From positions 160,001 to 224,000 of the forward strand of contig CAWEWF010000004.1 in assembly GCA_963812605.1 (NCBI GenBank): a stretch of DNA of 64,000 nucleotides, given 5' to 3'. A program made the position numbers and the translations under genes. This DNA is from an uncultured Verrucomicrobiae bacterium. Lineage in GTDB: Bacteria; Verrucomicrobiota; Verrucomicrobiia; Palsa-1439. Below are positions 32,348-43,023 of the stretch, piece by piece (positions within the stretch are counted from its first letter, which is position 1; every line of letters begins with the position of its first letter). The notes under the pieces were generated by a model. It searched no databases. It had not been told where the DNA came from and saw only the letters and a list, made by a program, of their open reading frames with translations.

Positions 32348-33815
32348 TTATCGCACGACGTTGAAGTTTTTTGTTTCAGCGTACCCGAGAAAAATGGGCG
32401 TTGAAACTGCGATGCGGGCCAATGGCCGCTGACCCGTCAGTTTGATTGTTGATATGCCCAACTCACGCAACAGTTCGGCGCTCATGGCGATGCCGCGGTG
32501 GAAATTGCCGAGATCCATTTTCTCGTTGGGCGAATGCCAGTTGTCGTCGGGCAAGCCGAGCCCGACCAAAACGATCTCGCCGCGCAAGTGCTCGCTTGAA
32601 GACATCGAGAATCGGCAGCGAACCACCTTCCCGCGCAAATATAGGCTCGCGTCCGAACGCCTTCCGCAACGCGATTGCCGCCGCTCTGGCCCCGCGACCG
32701 CGCGGGGATTCGTGAAAGGCGCGGGAATTATGGCCCGCCGTGATGGTCAATCGCACGGAAGGCGGGCAGAGTTTTCGCAGATATTGCGTCACGAGCCGCG
32801 CGATTTTTTCCGGTTTCTGGTCGGGCACGAGTCGGCAGGTAATCTTGGCCCCCGCCCAGGCGGGCACAATGGTTTTGGTTCCCGGTCCCTGATAGCCGCC
32901 AAACACGCCATTGATCTCGAAGGTTGGGCGCGCCCAGCGCCTTTCGAGCGTTGTGTATCCTTTTTCACCGGCAAGAGACGGCACGCCAAGGAAACGGGCA
33001 TAGGCGCGCTCGTTGAACGGCAAACGGCGGAACTGTTCGCGCTCCCATTTTTCCAGCGGACGCACGTCATCATAGAAGCCCGGCACCGCGACGTGGTTGT
33101 TCGCGTCCACACAGGCGGCCAGCAAGCGGGCCAGTGTCGCCGCGGGATTCGCCACGCTGCCGCCGAAGACGCCGGAGTGCAGGTCGCGCGACGGCCCGTC
33201 CACGCGGACTTCCAGGGCCGCGATGCCGCGCGTGGCGTACGTGATCGACGGGTGGTCCTTCGAGAACATGGAGGTGTCGGAGACGATGACGTAATCCGCG
33301 CGCAATTGCTTCGCGCGCTGTTTCACGAACGACATGAGGCTCTGGCTGCCAACTTCTTCTTCGCCTTCGATGAGGAACGTGACATTTACGGGAAGTGGCG
33401 TACGCGTTTTTCGGTAGGCTTCGACCGCCTTCACGTGCGCGAAGAATTGTCCCTTGTTGTCGGATGCGCCGCGGCCGAAAAGCTTGCCGGCGCGCTCCAC
33501 GGGCTCGAACGGCGAGGTCTTCCACAATTCAAAAGGCTCGGGCGGTTGCACGTCGTAATGCCCGTAGATGAGCACGCTCGGGATTTTGGAGCCGCGCCGC
33601 AAGGGAGTGCGCGCCACGAGGATCGGGTTGCCCTTCGTCGGGTACAGTTTGACATCCAGCCCCAAGCTGCGAAAATGCCCGACAAGCCAGTCCGCGCAGT
33701 TCAAAACATCACGACGATGTTCCGGCTGTGTCGAAACACTGGGGAAACGCACCAGTGATTTAAGTTGCTCGACAAACTGGCGGCGATTTTGCGAAAGATA
33801 TTTTTGGATCAGCAT
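32348..33815 (-). CDS. M20-family dipeptidase (frameshift near 32590)
   Basis: YGHYDVQP, GRGASDNKG, EGEEE, DLHSG, GGSLP, then HSPNEK in a second frame. The 3' end is uncertain. Confidence 0.88.
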
Positions 33816-33884
33816 CACGGCGTGGGACGGTAACCGATTTGTCACTTCAAGTCACAGCTAATTGGATGGCCTTCCGGCGTCTTG

Positions 33885-33893
33885 TGGTATAAT
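33885..33893 (+). promoter_or_regulatory. Extended -10 promoter TGnTATAAT
   Basis: TGGTATAAT about 20 nt upstream of the ATG at 33913. Confidence 0.5.
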
Positions 33894-33912
33894 TTTGAGG
33901 CCTTGAATTTTC

Positions 33913-35646
33913 ATGACAGAGAGTGATTTACCGGCAGCGAACACGACGCCCGCGGAAGATCAGGCGTTGCCTTTGGAGGAACTGGAACTAACCCCGCAAT
34001 GGGTCAAGTCATCCGGCAAATCCTACGCCAACCATGCCGGTGGAGAACGCGAGCCGCGTCGCGGCGAGGGCCGGCGTCCGGAAGGCGACCGCCGTCGCGG
34101 CAACGACCGCGATCAGCGACCGCGTCCGCCCAGGCCGCAGGAATCCGGTGATCGCCGCGGACCACGTCCCGAACAGCGCCGCAGCGGACCACCGCACCGA
34201 CACGATACGGAACGCCGAGCCCCCGTGCCGGCCGCTCCGCCCACCCTGCCGATCGAGGTGACATTCCAACCGGAGGAGAAGGGGTTCGCCGCGATGATTG
34301 AGGCGATGAAGCAGACACAGCGCGCGTATACCCTGTTCGACATCGCGAAGCTCGTCCTCAACAAACCCGAGCGCCATCTGGTGAAGTTCACGCGCCGGCC
34401 CGCGGCGAATGTGGCTCCCGAACCGCTGTTTCTGGTGACGCCGGGCGAGAACGTTTTTTTGCGGCAGGACGAAGCGGTGCGGTTCGCGCTGCGCCAGCAT
34501 GCCGGGATGATTCTTAAGGAGAAGAAGACACCCATCGACCCTCCGAAAGGCAATTTCACGTTCGTGAATCGCTGCGGGCTCACGGGGGTATGGCTCGGGC
34601 CACCCAACTACCACGAGTACCAGGGCCGCTTGGTCCGCCATCACCAGCAGCGATTGCGGCACATGCACTTCGAGGAGTTCAAGTCGCGCATCCAGACCGT
34701 CAAGGACCCCGAGGCGGTCAAGGCCTGGCTGGATTCGATGAGTTCCAAGACCGAGTACGAGTGCCTCCTCGATGCCGAACCGAAAAGCTTTTCCACCCGT
34801 GACGAAGCGGAGAAACACTTTGTCGAGAATCACCTGGCGAAGTTCGTCACGTCCGCGCCCGAAGTGCGGATCAGCGGCGCGGCGAGCCGCCAACTGCAGA
34901 ATCCCGCGCTCCTCGAGGCCGTCCGCCTCGCGTGGGAGCAAGAGCGCAAATTTCCATTGAAGACCGCCAACGAAATGCGCGGCCGTCTCCGACACGAAGG
35001 GTTTCACTTCTTCAAGGACCCCAAGGGCATCACGTTCATCAGTCGCGTCAAGCCGCAGCGGTTCGAGTCCATCGGTCACCTCTCGGAACAAATCCAGAAG
35101 ATCATCCTGTTTTTGCGCGAGCATGTCGGCGCCAAACGCAAGCGATTAGTCGAGCATTTTGTCCCGCCGTCTCCCGCACCGGCGGAAACTCCGGCGCCGA
35201 CAATTGACGCCGCTGCTCCAACTCCCGGTGCGACTGCGGATACCAATGTCCCGACCGTTCCGGCTTCGGTTATGCCGTCCGCGGAAGATCGCGTGCTGGC
35301 CGACCTGCATTGGTTGATTCAGGACGGGTATGTGGTCGAGTTCTCAGATGGTCGTTTGTGGGCGCTGCCGGACAGACCGCCACAACCGGTTTCAACCAAG
35401 AAACCAAAGGCTACTGCGACCGAAACGCCTGCCGAGAATGCGGCAGCGTCGCCGGCTCTGACGACAACCGAGTCACCGGTTGAACCGACGCCCGCGGTGG
35501 AGACGGCTCCAACAGCCGCGGAGGACGGCGACCTGAATCCGAGCACGCCCATCGAGGCGCCGATCGAACCGGTGCCCACCGTGGAGCCAGCTCCAACAGC
35601 CGCCGAGGACGGCGATCTGAATCCGAACACGCCCATCACCTCGTAG
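33913..35646 (+). CDS. Hypothetical protein with R/P-rich N-terminus and P/T/A/E-rich C-terminus
   Basis: 577-aa ORF with high-GC3 codon usage and a globular core (CGLTGVWLGPPNYHEYQ; DLHWLIQDGYVVEFSDG). Confidence 0.8.
   Translation: MTESDLPAANTTPAEDQALPLEELELTPQWVKSSGKSYANHAGGEREPRRGEGRRPEGDRRRGNDRDQRPRPPRPQESGDRRGPRPEQRRSGPPHRHDTERRAPVPAAPPTLPIEVTFQPEEKGFAAMIEAMKQTQRAYTLFDIAKLVLNKPERHLVKFTRRPAANVAPEPLFLVTPGENVFLRQDEAVRFALRQHAGMILKEKKTPIDPPKGNFTFVNRCGLTGVWLGPPNYHEYQGRLVRHHQQRLRHMHFEEFKSRIQTVKDPEAVKAWLDSMSSKTEYECLLDAEPKSFSTRDEAEKHFVENHLAKFVTSAPEVRISGAASRQLQNPALLEAVRLAWEQERKFPLKTANEMRGRLRHEGFHFFKDPKGITFISRVKPQRFESIGHLSEQIQKIILFLREHVGAKRKRLVEHFVPPSPAPAETPAPTIDAAAPTPGATADTNVPTVPASVMPSAEDRVLADLHWLIQDGYVVEFSDGRLWALPDRPPQPVSTKKPKATATETPAENAAASPALTTTESPVEPTPAVETAPTAAEDGDLNPSTPIEAPIEPVPTVEPAPTAAEDGDLNPNTPITS
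35497..35637 (+). repeat. 57-bp direct repeat in coding sequence (VE.APTAAEDGDLNP.TPI x2)
   Basis: Copies at 35497-35553 and 35581-35637, 84 bp apart. Confidence 0.8.
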
Positions 35647-35660
35647 CGGGTGGAGCGCGC

Positions 35661-36422
35661 ATGGCTGAGATCCTCGTTGATGTCCGTAATCTTCGCAAAG
35701 AATTCGACGGCACAGTGGCCGTGGCGGACGTGTCGTTTACCGTACAGCATGGGGAAATCGTCGGGGTCCTCGGCGCGAACGGTGCCGGCAAAACCACGAC
35801 AATCCAAATCCTCCTCGGGCTGATCAAGCCGTCGGGAGGAAAGGTCACGATCTTCGGCAAAGACCTGGAGCGTAACCGCATTGAGATCCTCCAGCGCTCG
35901 AATTTTTCCTCGGCGTACACTGGACTGCCCTCGAACCTGAAGGTCTGGGAGAACCTGCTGATTTTCGCCAGGATTTACGGCGTCCGCAACCATCGCCAGA
36001 AGATCGATGAATTGCTCGAGATGTTCGAGATCACGCACCTGCGGACGAGAATCACCGGCCACCTGTCGTCGGGCGAATCGACGCGCGTGAATTTGTGCAA
36101 ATCGCTGCTGAACGATCCCGAATTGTTGATGCTGGATGAACCGACCGCCAGCCTCGATCCCGACATTGCCGACAAAGTGCGCAAGCTGCTGCGTCGCATC
36201 CAGGGCGAACGGCAGATCACCATGATTTACACCTCGCACAACATGCGCGATGTCGAGGAGGTCTGCGATCGGGTGCTGTTCATGCACAAGGGGCGCATCA
36301 TCGCCGAGGGCACGCCGCAACAGGTGAAGGACCAGTTCAACCAAACGTCGCTGGAGGACGTTTTCATCAGCGTCGCGCGCGGCGGCGATGTGATGGCCAA
36401 GGACAAAGAGGCGGCGCAATGA
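35661..36422 (+). CDS. ABC transporter ATP-binding subunit
   Basis: GANGAGKTT, LSSGE, LDEPT, H-loop SH. Confidence 0.93.
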   Translation: MAEILVDVRNLRKEFDGTVAVADVSFTVQHGEIVGVLGANGAGKTTTIQILLGLIKPSGGKVTIFGKDLERNRIEILQRSNFSSAYTGLPSNLKVWENLLIFARIYGVRNHRQKIDELLEMFEITHLRTRITGHLSSGESTRVNLCKSLLNDPELLMLDEPTASLDPDIADKVRKLLRRIQGERQITMIYTSHNMRDVEEVCDRVLFMHKGRIIAEGTPQQVKDQFNQTSLEDVFISVARGGDVMAKDKEAAQ

Positions 36423-37213
36423 ACTGGGGACGCATTCGCGCGCTTGTGTTGCGCTACACCTTCCTTTATACGCGCAGCGTGCCGCGCGTGGCCGAGATGT
36501 TTTTCTGGCCCGTGATGGACCTGCTGGTGTGGGGTTTTATTACGGTTTACCTCCAAAAGCTGTCGCATCCGGTGCCGGCCACCGTGACGTTCCTGCTCGG
36601 GTCGATGATTTTTTGGGACATTCTCTACCGCGCCCAGCAGGCCGTGACCATTTCGTTCCTCGAAGACATCTGGGCGCGCAATCTCCTCAATATTTTCGTC
36701 GCGCCGATTCGCGTCAGCGAGTTTATCGCCGCGACCTACATTGTCGGTTTCGTCAAGATCCTCGTGACGGTGGGAATCCTGGCCGGGCTGGCGTTGTGGT
36801 TCTATCATTGGAACCTGTTTCAAATGGGTCTCCCGCTCATTCCTCTTTTCGCCAGCCTGTTGCTGATGGGCTGGGCGGTCGGCATGGTCACCACGGCGCT
36901 GATTATGCGCTGGGGCCAATCCGCCGAGGCGCTTGCGTGGGGAATTCCGTTCCTCATCCAGCCTGTTGCGGCGGTGTTTTATCCGCTCAACGTATTGCCC
37001 GCCTGGATCCAGCCGATTTCGCGGTCCATTCCCGCGACGTACGTCTTCGAGGGCATGCGACAGGTGCTGCGTGGCGAAGGACTGTCCGCACATGACCTCG
37101 CGTGGGCGTTTGGATTGAACGTGGTGTACCTGATCGGCGCGGGTTTGTTCTTCAACTACATGTTCGAAGTCGCCCGCGACAAGGGCCTGCTCGCCAAGCT
37201 CGGGACGCAGTAA
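36419..37213 (+). CDS. ABC-2 type permease
   Basis: Six TM helices, VFYPL..LPAWIQ; coupled to the ATPase gene. Confidence 0.9.
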   Translation: MNWGRIRALVLRYTFLYTRSVPRVAEMFFWPVMDLLVWGFITVYLQKLSHPVPATVTFLLGSMIFWDILYRAQQAVTISFLEDIWARNLLNIFVAPIRVSEFIAATYIVGFVKILVTVGILAGLALWFYHWNLFQMGLPLIPLFASLLLMGWAVGMVTTALIMRWGQSAEALAWGIPFLIQPVAAVFYPLNVLPAWIQPISRSIPATYVFEGMRQVLRGEGLSAHDLAWAFGLNVVYLIGAGLFFNYMFEVARDKGLLAKLGTQ

Positions 37214-37218
37214 GACCG

Positions 37219-38436
37219 CTAACTCGGTCGCGACAATCCCACGAGGTGTTCCAAGCGCTCGAAGGGCGAGATGTGAGTGACCTGAAGGCTTTTGGCTGAT
37301 GGATAGTGGAAGTCCTTTTCGAGAAGATAAAGATACAAGATCGCCATCGCGTCCACGTCGGCGGAAGTGGTGTTGTTGTATTCGGCGCGCAATTCGTATT
37401 GATGCGCCGGGTCAACGACGATCCCGCTGGCGGACTGGAATTCCCCCATGTGCATGACGCCGACTTTGTCGTGGAAATCCTCGGCTTGAATCTTCAGCAC
37501 GCTCCACGAGGTCGTCAGGTCATATAGTTCCAGCGATTCGCCGTACGGGTGCAGGTGCGCGGTGGCGTAGTGCAACGTTGTCGATGCCGCGAGGTTCAAC
37601 TGGTTCGCCGCGACTTTCACGCGATACGTGTGGCGGCCGGGCGGCACCATCCAGTGATAGGTCACGTCATTGCCAAATTGGGCCTGTACTCCACCCTTCA
37701 TGGTAGCCACGCCTGCGTTCGTGGTTGCCATCGGCTCGACGCAACCTTCTCCTGGATGCGTCATCGAAGCGCACATTTTCATGTGTTCCATCCCGGAACC
37801 CGCCAACGGTTGGACCACATAGAGAGCGCGGCGGAACAGCGGCTTCATCGGGGCCGTGAGGTCGGCGTCGCGGACGAAATCGATGGTGGTTTTGAAACGA
37901 ACTTTGACGGCGCGATCCGGGACGTTGAGATTGAGCGACATCGTGAAGAAATCCAGCGGTGTGTCCGAACGCACGGGCAGGCCGTAGCCCGGTGGAAGCG
38001 ATTCCTGCAGCCGCCCCGGGACGAGCGTGAAGAAACGCCAGTCCATGTGCGTGGAATTATCGAATTCGGCGTTATGCTTGGCGGGCGTGATTTGCTTTGG
38101 ATCGAACGTCAGGTTCGCGTGGCAGCAAAATTCCGGTGAAATCGTCTCGCGGTTGTCGGCGTCGAGCACCTCCGTCCGCAAACCGGTCAGCCAGACGAGC
38201 TGCGGCTTCGCGTTCGGCAAGAGGCAGCTCACGGGATGGTTCCCGCTCGGGCCGGTCATGGACAGGTAAATCTTATCGAGTGTGTACGGTTTCGAGACAA
38301 CCTCAACCGAATTGCTGCCGTTGGCGCGGGTCTCGCCTTCCACGCGTCTGGGCAAGGACCAGCCATTCTCGCGGGCGGCGAGAACGCCAATCACGGCCAG
38401 GAGCAGACCCATCGTTATTTTTGTCCAGTACCGCAT
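37219..38436 (-). CDS. Secreted protein, copper monooxygenase (PHM/DBM)-like
   Basis: Signal peptide; CCHANL, TAHLHPYG (HxH) and YNN...DAM, resembling the CuM site. Confidence 0.55.
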   Translation of the reverse strand: MRYWTKITMGLLLAVIGVLAARENGWSLPRRVEGETRANGSNSVEVVSKPYTLDKIYLSMTGPSGNHPVSCLLPNAKPQLVWLTGLRTEVLDADNRETISPEFCCHANLTFDPKQITPAKHNAEFDNSTHMDWRFFTLVPGRLQESLPPGYGLPVRSDTPLDFFTMSLNLNVPDRAVKVRFKTTIDFVRDADLTAPMKPLFRRALYVVQPLAGSGMEHMKMCASMTHPGEGCVEPMATTNAGVATMKGGVQAQFGNDVTYHWMVPPGRHTYRVKVAANQLNLAASTTLHYATAHLHPYGESLELYDLTTSWSVLKIQAEDFHDKVGVMHMGEFQSASGIVVDPAHQYELRAEYNNTTSADVDAMAILYLYLLEKDFHYPSAKSLQVTHISPFERLEHLVGLSRPS

Positions 38437-38594
38437 CGCCAGCGGCCAGTCTATTGCATTTTCGGGGCCAAGACAACTCTTCCATTGCCTTGCAGGGCAA
38501 GCGTTAACTGCCACGCGAAGATGACAAGGTTGTAATGCGTGGGTGGAACGGCGAAGAGATACACGCTGAAGGCAGGGCAACGCAACACGCAACT

Positions 38595-38921
38595 CTACGT
38601 TGCCGTCGGGAGTTTCAGCAACCGTACAATTCTTTCGCCGAGGTCTTCGAGTTCTTGGGAAGTGAGCATACCCAGTTTTCGTTCCAGTTTGGGCAAGGAA
38701 ATTGGTTGAATCTGTTGCAGATGAAAAGCACCGGGTTTAAGAAATGACTTGGAGATGGGAAACTCCCAGCGGTTGTTGCGAACAGCGGTAGTGTGTGGAA
38801 CGATGACAATTAGCGCCAGTTCGTCATCGCTCGGATAATCGCTCAGGATCAGGCAAGGACGGACTTTGGCTGTGAATCCCAGGTCAACGAGCCAGACATC
38901 ACCGCGACTTGGCTTTGCCAT
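38595..38921 (-). CDS. mazF: PemK/MazF-family toxin
   Basis: RGDVWLVDLG..AKVRPCLILS, VPHTT. Confidence 0.88.
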   Translation of the reverse strand: MAKPSRGDVWLVDLGFTAKVRPCLILSDYPSDDELALIVIVPHTTAVRNNRWEFPISKSFLKPGAFHLQQIQPISLPKLERKLGMLTSQELEDLGERIVRLLKLPTAT

Positions 38922-39087
38922 GTTTGGCTTCCAAGGCGTCAAGCATCAGGAACCTCTCGTTCGCGCGCCGGTCGCTATCCACCAGAATTCTTTTATCGTC
39001 CTCGATTTCAAAGATAAGACGGGCGATTTCGCGCCGTTCACGCTGGCTGAGCTTGGGTAGTTGCTTGATGATTTCGGCTTTGCTCAC
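38899..39087 (-). CDS. Putative antitoxin
   Basis: 62-aa helical protein (SKAEIIKQLPKLSQRERREI) overlapping the toxin start. Confidence 0.7.
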   Translation of the reverse strand: MSKAEIIKQLPKLSQRERREIARLIFEIEDDKRILVDSDRRANERFLMLDALEAKHGKAKSR

Positions 39088-39140
39088 GAGGCGTAGTTTA
39101 CCCCTTATGGATGACTTCCGCAAGCAGGTCCTTCTGCTCG

Positions 39141-40783
39141 CTAACGTTCCACGTACCGCTGGGCGATGGGGACGCGGCGGCCGATGCCGAAGGCTTTGCT
39201 GGTGACGCGGAGGCAGGGCGGGGCTTGTTTGCGCTTGTACTCGTTGAGGTCGATCTTGCGGACAATGTCGCGGACGAGCTTTTCGTCGAAACCGGTTTCC
39301 TTCACGATCTCGGTGGCGGACTGAGACTCCTCGATGTAATGCTTGATGATCGCATCGAGCACGTCATACGGCGGGAGCGTGTCCTGGTCGGTTTGGTTGG
39401 CGCGAAGTTCGGCGGACGGCGGTTTGGTGAGCGAAGATTCGGGGATCACCGGGCGCTGGGTGATTAATGTAGCGGGCGAGTTCGTAGACCATCGTCTTCG
39501 GGACATCGGCGATGACGCCGAGACCGCCGTTCATGTCCCCGTACAACGTGCAATACCCGACGGCCAGTTCGGATTTGTTGCCGGTCGTCAGCAGCATGTG
39601 GCCGAACTTGTTCGAGAGCGCCATCAACGTCGTGCCGCGGATGCGCGCCTGGATATTCTCTTCGGTCGTGTCCTCGGGGCGTCCTTCGAACACGGGCTGG
39701 AGCGTCGCCTTGAACTGCTCGAAGACATCCTGAATCGGGATCGTCTCCCAGCGAATGCCGAGGTTGTCGGCCAACTCGCGCGCGTCTTCGATGCTGCCTT
39801 TCGACGAGAATTGCGAGGGCATGGAAACGCCCAGGACATTCTCGCGTCCAAGCGCGGCCACGGCGAGACAGGCGGCCACGGCGGAGTCGATGCCCCCGCT
39901 CAGGCCCAGGACGACGGACTTGAAGCCGCACTTCTGGGTATAATCGCGGAGGCCAAGCACCAGCGCATCGTGGAGCGCGGCGGCGGGTTCCAGTGGACGG
40001 AATTGTTGCGGGCTGTCCCTCCAGATCGACAATGACCAGGTCCTCGGCGAAGGCGGCGCCCTGGGCGAGGAGATTGCCGGCAGCGTCGAAGGCCAGGCTG
40101 TTGCCATCGAAAATCAATTCGTCGTTGCCGCCGATCAGATTGCAGTACAGCACCGGGACTTTGTATTGTTGTGCCACGGCCCGAAGCATGTCGTGACGGA
40201 CCCGCTCCTTTCCGAGGTGATAAGGCGACGCGGAGAGATTCAACAGGAATTGCGCGCGGGTCCCGTCCCGCATGAGGTCGTGAATCGGGCTACGCTCGTA
40301 AAGGCGCGCGGGCAAATAGTCCTGGGTCCAAATATCTTCGCAAATCGTCAGCCCAAGTCTTTGGCCGGCGAGATCCAGCACCGTGTTGGAATCCGCTGGC
40401 TGGAAGTAGCGGTCTTCATCAAATACGTCGTAGGTCGGCAACAACATTTTTTGGCGCGCCGAGATAATTTTCCCATTTTGGATCAAGGCGACGGCATTTA
40501 CGTAGTCGCGGCCGGGGCGCTTGAGGTTGAAGTCCACGTAGCCGACCAACAGCGCGGTCGGACCGATTTGCGCGGCGATCTCATGGAGGGTGGAGAGGTT
40601 ATCGTGGACGAAGCGATGCTTGGCCAGCAAATCGCGCGGCGGATAGCCCGTGATGGCCAACTCGGGCGTCATCACCACGTCTGCGCCAGCCGTAACCCCG
40701 CGGCGGTAGAAATCGAGAATTTTTCCGGCATTCCCGCGTAAATCGCCCACGGTGCAATCTATCTGCGCCAGCGCAATCTTCAT
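39141..40783 (-). CDS. nadE: Glutamine-dependent NAD+ synthetase (frameshifts near 40000 and 39460)
   Basis: Nitrilase domain ([16 protein letters not shown]) plus [28 protein letters not shown]. Confidence 0.93.
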
Positions 40784-40832
40784 GCTGCGTTGAATCTACG
40801 GCTTCGCAAGGAGAGCGGCAACCGCAAAACAA

Positions 40833-40870
40833 CCACGAAGGGCGACGAAGAAGACACGAAGGACACAAAG
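40833..40870. repeat. Short degenerate tandem repeat (CACGAAG-based)
   Basis: CCACGAAGGGCGACGAAGAAGACACGAAGGACACAAAG, intergenic. Confidence 0.4.
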
Positions 40871-41048
40871 TTTAGCAGGGCGCGATGCATCACCTACCCC
40901 ATTGACGGCAAAGCTCTTCAGCCTGGAGCGGGAACTGGCGGAATCGGTCAGAGACGAATAAGCGTCGAAGATCCGCCCCTGATTTCACACTTGGTATCCA
41001 GTGGTCGTTTGATAGACTGTCTAAAGCGGCCCAAACGAAAGGGATTTC

Positions 41049-41837
41049 ATGCCAGCCAAATACCGCCCAACCTTTCTGCTTATACTTGCTCTTCTGTTTG
41101 CTCCGACCCTGCCAGGTTGCACATTCGGCCAACAGACCACAAAGGATTCCTTCAACCCTTGGACCGCAAATGATTCCGTAAACCCTCAAACCGCGGAGGA
41201 GTTTGTCAATCGGGGCAATGCCAAGAAGCGCAGGTGGGATTTGGATGGTGCCATCGCCGACTACTCAAAAGCCATCGAACTCAATCCGAAATACGCCGAA
41301 GCCTACTACCGCCGAGGCGTTGTTAAAGCAAAGAAAATGGCTGATATGAACGGTCCTATCGCTGACTTCACGAAAGCTATTGAACTCGACCCGAAAAACG
41401 CTGAAGCCTATGTCGACCGTGCCGATGCTAAAGAATGGAAGGGCGATCAGGACGGGGCTATCGTTGACTGCAATCGAGCCATTGAACTCAACCCAAAATC
41501 CTTCGACGCCTACTTCAGCCGTGGCACTGCCGAAAGGCTCAAGCCCGATTGTGCCAATGCCGAGTTGCGTAAGGCAAATTTGGATGCTGCCATCGCCGAT
41601 TACTCGAAATTCATCGAAGTCAATCCGAACAACGGCCCCGCCTACTTCAACCGTGGCAGTGCCAAAGAGACCAATGGTGATTTGGACGGTGCCATTGCGG
41701 ACTTCTCTAAAGCCATCGAACTCAACCCGAAAGACGACACCGCCTACTTCAGCCGCGGGAATGCCAAGAAAGCCAAAGGGGATCAGGTGGGGGCGGATGC
41801 GGATTACGCTGAAGCCGCCAAACTCAAAGGCCACTGA
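41049..41837 (+). CDS. Exported tetratricopeptide-repeat protein
   Basis: Signal/lipoprotein-like N-terminus; repeated GAIAD(Y/F).KAIELNPK..AY..RG units. Confidence 0.9.
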   Translation: MPAKYRPTFLLILALLFAPTLPGCTFGQQTTKDSFNPWTANDSVNPQTAEEFVNRGNAKKRRWDLDGAIADYSKAIELNPKYAEAYYRRGVVKAKKMADMNGPIADFTKAIELDPKNAEAYVDRADAKEWKGDQDGAIVDCNRAIELNPKSFDAYFSRGTAERLKPDCANAELRKANLDAAIADYSKFIEVNPNNGPAYFNRGSAKETNGDLDGAIADFSKAIELNPKDDTAYFSRGNAKKAKGDQVGADADYAEAAKLKGH

Positions 41838-41941
41838 TCGCTGGCACACCACGGGTTTCAACGGATCAGCACGATAACTCCGCCAGTCCGTTCAACAACC
41901 GGCAGTCATGGCCACGCTTTGTTTCAGTCGGCGCAACGGGA

Positions 41942-42046
41942 GGCCGCAGTCAACGCCTGCGGCTACAGCTTCCGCAGCGAATGCGCTACGGAGGACAGGA
42001 CAGCACTCACCCCGAATCCCCGCCGCGTGAGGGCACGGCCTACAAC
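41942..42046. repeat. GTAG-type REP-like palindromes
   Basis: Reverse complements TGTAGCCGCAGGCGTTGACTGCGGCC and GTTGTAGGCCGTGCCCTCACGCGGCGG resemble the copies at 60193-60291. Confidence 0.65.
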
Positions 42047-42235
42047 GGCATAGTGGAATGGGTCTGATTATCGCAAATCGATAATTTTACTGGACGCGGT
42101 TTGGCGGGATGCGTACAATCCGCCCAGTTCTTTGATATCCGCCTTCGCAGGGGCTTCCTCCTTCGCGAGGCTCCCATGGCGGCCAAGATGGCGAAGCAGA
42201 CAAGGGATGGGGCGCATGAAATATGCCATTCTGCG

Positions 42236-42312
42236 AAACGAACCCCCACCGTATTATTCACATTCACAGATACTTATGCGGTTTGCAGTGGATTGTGCAA
42301 ATGGGTTCGTTT
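42236..42312. repeat. AAACGAACCC ... GGGTTCGTTT inverted-repeat element
   Basis: Same arms as the element at 20077-20173. Confidence 0.6.
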
Positions 42313-42545
42313 TCCGAAAACGAATCCAAATTCTGGGGTTTATGAGGGTTCGGATGCCGCGAAAGCCAACGGACGGCTCAGAGAGCCGTCCCTACCTCCC
42401 ATGATTTCCAAACAGGCGGGACGCCTGTTCAACGCGGAAACCCGAAATGGATTCGGGGCCGCATTTCGGGGTCGGCGGAAAAACGTTTGCGCCAACTTGC
42501 GTTTTGGGGTGAAGGCGTCTATTCTCCCCTTGGTAGGATGAAGCA

Positions 42546-42959
42546 ATGGCGAAGGCGTACGATCAACATTTACATGACAGTCTTGCCTATCTGGGATTGC
42601 CGGCCCTGGCATCCCACAGCGCCTGGACCCCGAATACGGACGTTTACGAGACGCCGGACGGCCTGGTCGTAAAACTGGAAATCGCGGGCATCGAGAAAGA
42701 CGATCTCGAAATCACCTTGAACGACCGCTTGTTGCTGGTGCGGGGCCATCGAAAAGACCCGTGCCGCGAGAAGCGCTGTTCGTTCCGCCAGATGGAAATC
42801 GATTATGGCGCGTTTGAGCGGCGGATCGTCATCCCCCGTTCGGTGGATGGCAGCCGCGTGCGGGCGCTGTTCCAAAACGGCTTTCTGCATATCGAATTGC
42901 CCAAGTCCCAAAAATCCGAGCACACGACGGTCACAGTGATTATCGAACAGTTGGGCTAG
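42546..42959 (+). CDS. Hsp20 small heat-shock protein
   Basis: [30 protein letters not shown]; upstream of lon. Confidence 0.92.
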   Translation: MAKAYDQHLHDSLAYLGLPALASHSAWTPNTDVYETPDGLVVKLEIAGIEKDDLEITLNDRLLLVRGHRKDPCREKRCSFRQMEIDYGAFERRIVIPRSVDGSRVRALFQNGFLHIELPKSQKSEHTTVTVIIEQLG

Positions 42960-43023
42960 GAGCGCAGCGGCAACGCTCGCGCGCCCGGAACACGCGGGGC
43001 ACTGGCATCATCCTATAATTAAG

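Noticed and set aside
31900-32400. AT-richer stretch with short ORFs on both strands
   Set aside because: No recognisable motif or consistent frame. It may be a gene remnant, but this cannot be supported.
38595-39087. MazF-type TA pair as a novel system
   Set aside because: Ordinary type II TA layout; recorded as features only.
41200-41800. Regularly spaced DNA repeats resembling an array
   Set aside because: They are the coding repeats of TPR units (~102-bp period), not CRISPR. There are no identical repeats with unique spacers and no cas genes.
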